From: Balanoglossus misakiensis
Lineage: Eukaryota; Animalia; Hemichordata
Assembly: GCA_040954595.2 (NCBI GenBank)
Contig: CM082586.2
Span: 7,099,337-7,163,336, forward strand
Direction of reading: 5' to 3'
Length of the DNA: 64,000 bases
Shown: positions 10,991 through 19,938 of the stretch, in pieces
Layout: every line of letters starts with the position of its first letter
How positions within the stretch are numbered: the stretch's first letter is position 1
Program-made: the position numbers and the translations under genes
Notes under the pieces: generated by a model
The model's database searches: none
Seen by the model: the letters and a program-made list of their open reading frames with translations, nothing else
What the model was told of the DNA's origin: nothing

Positions 10991-11451
10991 GATATTTAAA
11001 AACAGACACAACCTCGTGTAAATGAAATAAATATTTCTCAAAGAAATAAAATGCTAATTTGTGGGAGTAAAATAACTAATACAAAATAAAATCTATGTTA
11101 TGAATATTTTTACATACATCTCAGTGAACATATTTACAGTTGTTTATACAGGTATCGCTGAAATATATACATGTAACAAGCTATAGCCTATATTTGGCCA
11201 TTTTCTGGTGGCACCTTCCTATTCTTAAATTATTTTGTCGTTCTTGACAAAATATAAAAGTATTCAAATATTTTAACTGTTTCCATCACACACAGTAAGT
11301 AGAAGGTATAAATGTGTCATGTTGTGAAAGAAAATTAAGCTCCCACTGTGTATGGCTAGGTTTAGATACCTAGGGTAGGTCCAGTTATAACACCAAACTC
11401 TTGAAAATGACACAAATATGAATCTTGAATATGTATTCTGTTGTCTTTTGA

Positions 11452-14120
11452 TTACACAACGTGAGAAGAACCCTGACTATTGTAGGTTATTACGTGATGG
11501 TGATAAATATTCATCTCAAAGTAAACATTGTGATCCCAACTGCTGTCTGGCTTTGACAGCTGTGTTACCTTTGCCTGGATCTCAGCTGATTCATCTTTAC
11601 TGCATTGCCATTGAGTGTCGCGGGCGACTACATCAAGTGTAATTGATTCTAATGTACTCTGTTGTGTTTCTATTGCCCTGCTGACAGGTACCGATACTCT
11701 GTCTATCAGAGAAGATACACGAGAGATGTTGAGCACTTTTAACTTCAAATGTTTGAGAATCCGGTTTTCTTTCAGCGCTGCCACAATGCGTTGCCCTGTC
11801 TCATCTCTTTCTATCGTTCTATAATACAGTGTCAGTGACCGCGCGTGCTTGTTTCGCTTTATGAAACGACACACGATTTCGCTATCTTTGTCTCGGAAGT
11901 ATCCAATGCCTACATCAATCAAAGTCATTTTTGTTGATAGTGTATCACATATTTCGGAGTATAATGCATCTTCCCAACACGCAAAACTGAGGTGTAGGGA
12001 TTTCAAGCATGGACTGACATTCAACAGAGCTGTATTTAGTTTTGATATCGAATTTTCCGTGGGGTACATTAAATGCAGCTTTACTGACTCCGCTTTTTCA
12101 CATTTTCGTATAAAGTACCACAAGTCTTCCATTGATGATTCGCTGATTTCCACCAATAAGGTATTAACCCATCTGACTTCAAGGGGACTATTTTTAGTCA
12201 GTGTGGTAAAATGTTTAAATGAGTCTACATCTGTTGTGCAGGTAACACATTGCAGTGATTTGTTTTCTGAAATTCCTTCAAAGAGACGTTTTCCCTCTGC
12301 GGTAAAACTGCTATTGCTTTCATCAGTGGGTATATTTAAAAACAGTTTTTCTCCTCTGAAGTTTGTAACAACGTCTGCCAGATCCGTAGTTTCTTCCAGT
12401 GTCCACTTCTCGAATTTGTAAACAGTGAGATGTTTTACATAAATTGTATATTCTTTAAGTATTTTTACGATGCTTTTCATTTCTTTAGATTCTAGCCATA
12501 ACAACCTTAGAGTGACCCTTGCTTTTCCAACAATTTTCAGCATTTGCATGAAATAATGAACGCCGAGACTTTCCCTAAAGTTTACTACTATCTCACTGTA
12601 TAAATCTTCAAAGTTGCTAGCATAAAGCATAACTTCATGAGTAATTCTAGAATTGAACAATATACACACTTTTCTTAATTCATCCAAGCAATTAATGAGC
12701 TCTCCGGCATGCTTTGATTCACACAAACACTTTATACACCAGCCCCAGACATTTGACAGAGACTTTGTCAGCAGCTTTTGTATCTTTACACAATCTGATG
12801 ATGACAGCATCTCGTTGTGTATACCTTGTATTTTCTTGTTGAATTTCCCAAATATCAATTCCCCTTCCTTCTTGCTTACTATACCAGAAAGAAACTTCAA
12901 AACCGGAAAGAATTTTCCAGGCGACTTTAGGAAATTATCAAGAATTTTGGTTTCGTTTGAAATCTTTCGCTGACGCTGAATATATAATGCTGTGAAATAT
13001 TCAAGCCACGTCTTGTGATAGAAAAAATACATTTGTTTAGATTTTCTGATTGCGTGCCCAAGGTCTTTAACTAGTAATCCAAGGTCTAGAGATCTTTCAG
13101 AGGAAATATCCGATTGCTCGAAATTCATTTTGTTTTCTGTATATGCTTTGTAAGCATCGTAAGCCAGGGCATCCCTGTCACGTATGACGTCATCGGGTAT
13201 CTCATCGTTGTGAAGATCAATGTTCTTTTTGATGCAATACCTTTTCAAAATACATTGAAGAATATCAGAATACAATTCAGTGTGCGTCTCAGGGAAAGAT
13301 TCGCCTTCTAACCCGTGATATTCCCACAAAATGCAGAGAAATGAAACGTGTAAGGGGTTTTTCAGAAGGTCCGTTATAAAATCTTTACTGTCTCTCTGCC
13401 TTTCTAATACCTTAATCAACGATTCTCCCCTTTCACTGTCACTACTGAAATATTTGCCAATGTATTCGTTTGTACGTTTAGCAGTAAACCCTTCCACTTT
13501 TAGATACAAATCACATGTGTTCAAATACTTGTCACATAGACGTGGTCTCGTTGTTGCAAGAGCAGTACACCAAGAATATAAGGCCTCGGAAATGAGTTTT
13601 GGAATCTCAGAACTCTTCAACTTATCGTCGTTAATTTCGTCAAGCCCATCGCATAGAATTAACACGGACTTTTCATTTTGTTTAATCAAACGTTCAAGCT
13701 CTTGCTTTGAAATACCAAAGTCATCCGGTAAGAGCTGATTAAATATTTCATCAATCACTTTATCTTCTGTGACGTGTCTCATTTCCAGGAAGAATAGTAG
13801 TGTGAACTGCTCTAACTCACCACAAGACCAATCATAAGCTATCTTTCTACAAAGTGTAGACTTGCCCATAGCTGGTGCGCCCTCTATCCTTATACGTCTA
13901 ACATCAGATGATTTAAACATATCATGAAGTTTGTTTAGAGTCGTACCAGCTTTCACTGTTCCCCTCTTCACTTCTTGTACCTTCAGCGTTGTGTATACTT
14001 CTTTTAAATGGAGGCGAATTTCTTTATTCCACGCAATCGGTGAGAGTTTAGAGTAATGTCGTTCGTACTTGTCTTTTAGGTATTCGCTCAACCGAGTCAT
14101 TACATCTGCCGAGGGGTCAA
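11452..14120 (-). CDS. NLR exon 3: NACHT NTPase, winged helix/HD2 and degenerate RI-like LRRs
   Basis: Walker A GAPAMGKST, Walker B VLILCDGLDE, sensor-1 LATTRP, LLKNPL, WHD motif FFYHKTWLEYFTA, LRR-like IVAALKENRILKHLKL and FEGISENKSLQCV. Acceptor ttttttccctctag at 14122-14121 is in phase 1 and in frame with the 882-aa ORF. Confidence 0.95.
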
Positions 14121-14643
14121 CTAGAGGGAAAAAACACGAACGATTTTCAGTCGGTTTTGTTTTGTGCTATAAATACATACAAGTGAAATCCCGGGGAGTA
14201 CCCAACGTTTTGCATACGAGGGTAAGTATAGGAAGGCGGACCATTCCAAAGCAAGGTGAACATACGTACGTCGAACAGAAATTGCACATGTTTTGTACTA
14301 AGCAGTCAGTCACTCACTCACTCACTCATTAAGTCAGCCTAGTCTATCAAAACGCAATTTAGACAACCAAAATAATGTCAAAAGTGAGCGACTGTGTCAC
14401 TTTAAATTCTTTTACAAGTACCAATTTGAGTATGGTTTTAAATTCTTAAACGAACCCATATTTTCCACACTGTTACAATACCACATTGACATACATGTAT
14501 CTGGATTTATGACTGGTTGTTGAAACTTACAACCATTGCATTGTATGCCGGTAAAGCATGGGGTTGGAGCCACTACATATTGTCACAATTTGAACACGAC
14601 TTGCACAAAAACAGCACCTTGAGCCTAAATTGTTAATACTTAC

Positions 14644-14853
14644 CTCGATGAGCAGGACCATTCTTGAGAAATTTATGTGAAAGTGAGACCAGACCAACCA
14701 TACCTAGCTTCTTTTCCAGAAACGTTGTATTCGACTCGCTAATTAGTTCCAGCTGAATCAGTCTATCGAATAAATCCATGGGGTCTTCAAGTTTGCTCAA
14801 TGCTTGTGCAGGAATGTTGTCCTTACACAAATTCTTTAAGTCATGCAAATTTT
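14644..14853 (-). CDS. NLR exon 2: bulk of a death effector domain (DED)
   Basis: (E)NLHDLKNLCKDNIPAQALSKLEDPMDLFDRLIQLELISESNTTFLEKKLGMVG fits the DED pattern LKxLCxDxIP...DLFxxL...NxxFL. Acceptor tgttctgtag and donor G|GTAAGT; 210 nt, phase 1-1. Confidence 0.88.
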
Positions 14854-15972
14854 CTACAGAACAACATAAAAAGCCACTGTGAGTATTACATGTACTGTGA
14901 ATGAATGTATATTGCCGTGTTTTGAATCAAAAACTTTTGACTACACACGGCCATATATAAATGGCCCATAGATTAAATGTTGGTAGGCCCATGGTTAAAT
15001 GTATATTCACTGTCGTGGAATAACGTTAACTTCCTACAACATTGATGAACACTAATAAAGCAGTAAACGTTGAGTACATTCTTTCACAGTCCCCCAGAGG
15101 AAAGAGGGAGTGGGATTCTTTCCAACACAACAATCAACATGGTTATTTTAGGCCTAACTGTGATATTCGTATTTCGCAAGTTGAGATACTGCAGGTCAGA
15201 GCGCAATTCATACTAGTAATTTATATGCAGGGAACGCGAATATAATAATATTGGGGCCCGGTCAAGGTCAACTTCTTTATTACATGTTGACCGGCTATGA
15301 AGCCGAAAACAGGCACTATAATAGAAAGCTGGTTCAGGAAAATCCACAATATTCAAGAAAAGAAGGACAGGTGAGTGGCCTGGGTAGAAAGGCTATGCAG
15401 AATGCGCAGGCGTACACAATACAATAATGGCGAATCACGAGACATGCACGAGGTAACCTCGTCCCAGGACCATCGACTTGGACCCTCGATCCCCGCCCAA
15501 TTTAAACTCCAATAAAACAAGTGTCATTGTACATTTTTTTCGAGTACACACTTTAAAAAAAAATAATGGTTCGAGTGCACATCCGAATGAAAGATAAGCT
15601 AGTTCTTCAGCGCAAAATCTACGTATGACAAAGCTTTCATTTCAGGTCTTTAATGTCGAGGAGTTTGTTTCCTCGTTCTACACTCTTCGCTAGATGACGC
15701 GATTTATCTCGGTTATGCACTGTAGGACCTATCATTTTCCTCCCTGTAATAATAATTCTTTTATATTAGCCTGAACATTTCTAAACGCGTCGACGAGAAA
15801 AAGCTTCTTAAAGCCTAACTTCGAAACATTTGTGTCATATTCAAAATGGCCTCCAGATATAGTCAAAATACTACCACGTCCTCAAACTTTAGACGGTGAA
15901 CCCGTACATTTCAAAGTCATTTTGATGATATTGCATGATTCTACTCATATATAGTTTTAGCTATGAATATTA

Positions 15973-16779
15973 GGCTGCATTCACAAACACCTCTGGAGGG
16001 GGGGGGGGCAGGAGAATTGAGGGGGGGGATTTGAAAAAATTGAGGGTATGTAAGGGGGGGATTTGAAATAATTTAGGGACTGAAAGGGGGGGACTTGAAA
16101 ACTTTAACGACTAAATATTTATTTTGAGTCCACAAAAATGCAGTTTTGCGCCCTTTATTTTACAAAATTTTCAAATGTGGGAGGGGGACACCCCCTCCCA
16201 CACCCACCCCCTCCATTCATCAACACCTTTCAGTCATTGACTGGTTTATCTAGTGTCCCAGGTCAGGGGACTTGCCCCACCCCATGATAACTTTGAGCGG
16301 CGACGGTTAAATTTGTCCTCCCCAACATACCGGTAGTTGAGTTAATTTGCTTTTGCCGGGTTCATTAAAATGCAGCTTTGAGCTCTGTATTTTAGAAAAT
16401 TTTCTTACGTGCGAGGGGGACACCCCCTCCCAAACCCACCCCCTTCAATTCTCGGTTTACAATGTCTCCCAACACAGAATACAAATATATGTACTTAAAA
16501 AATAAAAACAATGTTCAGTTTTAATACCCACTGATGAGGGGAAACATCAGTTTCAAATTCTTTTCATGGGAGCGCTGTTTTTCTTTTTACAAGATAGATA
16601 GGTGATGTGTTTTGCTCTGTGAAAGAAAATGGGGGGGGGGGATTTCAAAATTTTGGCAGTTCGGAAGGGGGGTATTTGAAAATATTGGCAGTTCGGAAGG
16701 GGGGCATGTGAAAATTAGCGGTAAAAAAAATTGAATTCTCCCGCCCCCCCCCCCTCCAGAGGTGTTTGTGAATGCAGCC
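15973..16779. mobile_element. PIF/Harbinger-type MITE in NLR intron 1
   Basis: TIR GGCTGCATTCACAAACACCTCTGGAGGGG...; TTA target duplication on both sides; internal G-run/ATTTGAAA repeats. The paralogous intron (~200-215) appears to show the empty site. Confidence 0.9.
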
Positions 16780-16995
16780 TTAATGAAAACAAGTGTTTGA
16801 CGATGAAATCAAATTTTCAAGCCTTCTAAACTGTATGCTGTTCTTGATTTCGAACATTTTACCTGGCATACCGCATTTCAATTTACACCTGTGCTTTCAG
16901 ACGGAACTGCACGAAACAGACGAACTGCCCGATGTACATCGACAGGGCGCAGCTAGCCTGAGCAACCAAGGTTGAATAGCTTATGATCCACCTAC

Positions 16996-17113
16996 CATTT
17001 GTAATCTCCTTAGACAACAAAAACAGATTGTCTCGAAACGGGTTGACTTTTGCTCTCTTGCATTCAGGTTCTCCCGAGGTCGTCGGTTCTGCGTAGCCCT
17101 GTCCGGAAGCCAT
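16996..17113 (-). CDS. NLR exon 1 (N-terminal leader and DED helix 1); the spliced CDS is 2997 nt, ~998 aa
   Basis: MASGQGYAEPTTSGEPECKRAKVNPFRDNLFLLSKEITN + G|GTAGG. Splices in frame to exon 2 and completes the DED. Conserved in the paralogue at 367-484. Confidence 0.85.
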
Positions 17114-17179
17114 GATCGTTTTCTGCCACAAGCAGCAGCTTCGTCCAGTTGAGTTGTGTAATGTTTGCCTTAGCGCACT

Positions 17180-17220
17180 GTTATTTATAATACACATCCT
17201 GGTTAATCATTAAATTGGTT
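17180..17220 (-). promoter_or_regulatory. Candidate NLR core promoter (TATAAATA, HNF1-like GTTAATCATTAAA, CCAAT)
   Basis: Motif matches ~70-105 bp upstream of the ATG. GGTTAATCAT is retained in the paralogue at 509-518. Confidence 0.35.
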
Positions 17221-18135
17221 TTAATATGAAACTGTGCAAATTCCAATGCAGTATCTCAAGTAGTGCGAGAACAACTTTTATTTTGCAGCGTGGTGGCTCG
17301 AAGAAGAAAAGTTTCATTCCCTGAATTTTCAAGTTGTTGGGGAACTCACAAAACAGGATAAACGTCTTTGATGTAATTAATGAGCATGAAATACCAGTCG
17401 AATTTGATAAAAAAAAACATTTGAAAATATTCCGGAGGGTAACGAACTATCGTAGCAACATAGGCTAAATTCATTTGTGTTATCATGGGCGTATGTGTAA
17501 CCTGCCCTGGTGAAGGTTAAAGTACACATTTTCTTTAAAACAAACAATGACGCATACAATTCCACTTATCTACTCATATAAATCACCACCTGTTGACGAC
17601 AGTTGTCAAAGTAACTTTATATACACAATACGTGAACTTCCATTCTGCAATGGTAAAATTTATTGCATAATATTATGTAATTTTTGCAAATAATCGTTTT
17701 GGCAAGGAATTGTTGGACAGACACCCACACACTATGAATTGTGGGTAAAATATCGTACTGTGGGCCGTCTCGCACGTATTGTTTTCAGCAAATTGAACTT
17801 TAGGATAACCGCATGTAGTGCCAAAGTTGAATCTGATTAGAAACATGATTTACACCATTCCAGAGCCTAACGCACTATCGCCATCATAGCAATGATAGCC
17901 TTCTAGTTAAACCACGGATGACTGATAAGGTCAGCTACTGAACCTTGCAGCACTACACAGGCCAACTCCAGAGAAGAAAAATCCCACCATACAAATGCTG
18001 TTCTGTACATAAAAAGACCTGTTTTATGATACTTTACACCCGAAGTAATCAGAGTATTATAAATCACAAAGAGTTAGCATGAGTGGCATTGAAACAACCG
18101 TGGTATTATCCACAGTTAAAAATAGCTCCCCTTAC

Positions 18136-18247
18136 AATGGATAAAATAAACGTTCTGTCAAACAAACAATGATGCGTACAATTACAATAATTTACTCAAA
18201 TGCATCAGCGCTTCTTGGCGTCATATATCAAAATGATTTTATGCCAC
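18136..18247 (-). pseudogene. Decayed copy of NLR exon 1 (right-hand locus)
   Basis: Near-identical to 3955-4066 and 5052-5163. Confidence 0.55.
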
Positions 18248-18698
18248 GATCATTTATGATGCACGTCCTGATCAATCATCAAACTATCGATCGGTCTGTG
18301 AAACACAATTAACCAAATTCAAATGCAGAATCTGAAGTGGTATGAGAACAACTCTTATTTTGCAGCTTGGTGGCTCGAAGAAGAAAAGTTTCATTCCCTC
18401 AATTTTCAAGTTGTTGGGGAACGCACAAAACAGGATAAACGTCTTTGATGTAATTAATGAGCATGAAATACCAAAGTTGAATCTGATAAAAAACAGACAC
18501 TTGAAACTATTCCGGAGGGTAACGAACTATCGTAGCAACATAGACTGAATTCAGTTACGGTGTTATCATGGGCGTATATGCAACCTCCCCTGGTGAAGGT
18601 TAAAGTACACATTTTCTTTTAAACAAACAATGACGCATACAATTCCACTTATCTACTCATATAAATCACCACCTGTTGACGACATTTATCAAAGTAAC

Positions 18699-19162
18699 TA
18701 GTCTAGCCAATATAGGGCTTGACCCACCACAAATTGCAACATAATTTTTTTCTTCAGAATATACTTTGGAGAGGTGTCTAGAACAACATATTAAAAATGC
18801 ACCCGAATCCACCTTGTGGAAATATGTCTAATTTGCATAAATTTAATATTAGAGATTTTGGGGCCAAATATCAAGAAATAAATGCTTTTTTTCCATGATT
18901 TTAAAGTTTACAGTATTCCTAAAAAACATATTTGGGCTATATATTGGATACTTAGTACGCTATTTTAGTGTTTTTAATTCAAAATTACCTCTATGACATT
19001 TGAAACAATGTTGAAAATATCTTGTTTACATTTGCACTTTATATTTTGCATAAATCCAATATGGCCGCCAAATGAATATTCGACAGCTTATCATACTCCG
19101 GCATATATAATATGCAATTTGTGGTGGGTTAGGTGCCAAAATCTCGTAGATTGACTAGACTA
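18699..19162. mobile_element. Duplicated copy of the 464-bp TAGTCTAG element
   Basis: Almost identical to 5631-6094, with the same flanks. Confidence 0.85.
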
Positions 19163-19299
19163 ATACACAATACGTGAACTTCCATTCTGCAATGGTTTAT
19201 TGTACAATATTATGTAATTTTTGCAAATAATTTTTCAGGCAAGGAATGGTTGGACAGACTTCTACACACTTACAAAGTTTTCATATAAAATCTGTGCTC

Positions 19300-19305
19300 T
19301 TTATT
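19300..19305 (-). terminator. Candidate distal PKI polyadenylation signal (duplicate at 6232-6237)
   Basis: Minus-strand AATAAA followed ~20-35 nt later by a GT/T-rich tract. Would imply a ~4.1-kb 3' UTR; more proximal AATAAA sites also exist. Confidence 0.35.
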
Positions 19306-19853
19306 AGAAAAAACGTATTCTCCCCATATTTGGGTAATATGAAACAGTTCTGGTATTGAAAACCTCCAGAATCAAGAATACATCCACCTATTATTACCTT
19401 AAGCAAATATTTTCATTTCAATTGTACCAAGATCTATACCTAAAACACTAAGGATGCCAAAGAAATAGTATTTTAACAGACCCACCCTAACTTTGCTCGC
19501 TTATTATATGTATATATATAAAAACATAAAGCACAATAATTATGCAGTGACAGTACTAAACTAGTAAGCGTTTGTGACACTTCGAAATGATCCAAGGGAA
19601 AAACATGCAAGTCTGACTGTGAGGGCAGTGTTCATAAATATATCAAAGTACATGCTGGAACGTACATGTACTAGAAATACAATTCATCATCGTCAGTTCA
19701 TAACCAGCTACCATGCTCCATCTGCCAAACATTACAGTTAAGGGCGAATCTTGGAGCAATGGGATGACCGTTTTTCACTACATATAACTTCAGATCACCA
19801 TCAATAATTCGAATTTACAATTTGGGGAAAAGGTCACAAAGCCCTTTATTTAA

Positions 19854-19938
19854 CCCTTTCACCCCCAGTTCCCTCTATAGAGGTCCACCTTTACCATCCA
19901 AAACAACAGACTTAGGCCAAACCATAGTGGTGAAAGGG
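19854..19938. mobile_element. 85-bp piggyBac-type MITE (duplicate of 6793)
   Basis: TTAA-CCCTTTCACC...GGTGAAAGGG-ATAA. Confidence 0.8.

Larger units (their letters stand above)
17190..19270. repeat. About 1.5 units of the 1.1-kb repeat, starting in the real NLR promoter
   Basis: Same junction CCACACACTATGAATTGTGGG at ~17725-17745 as at 4642-4662. Confidence 0.92.

Noticed and set aside
11418-13738. Plus-strand ORFs of 65-190 aa
   Set aside because: Antisense shadows of the NACHT-LRR exon.
14529-14625. Extra NLR exon between the DED and NACHT exons (GTAAGT donor near 14528)
   Set aside because: The preceding intron would be ~18 nt, and exon 2 already joins exon 3 in frame.
16529-16551. CTGATGA...GAAAC hammerhead ribozyme core
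   Set aside because: No stem II or flanking stems I/III; it is a simple hairpin inside a MITE.
17305-17350. ISRE/kappaB-like motifs (AGTTTCATTCCC, GGGGAACTCAC) in the NLR promoter repeat
   Set aside because: Spacing and consensus mismatches; too weak to call.
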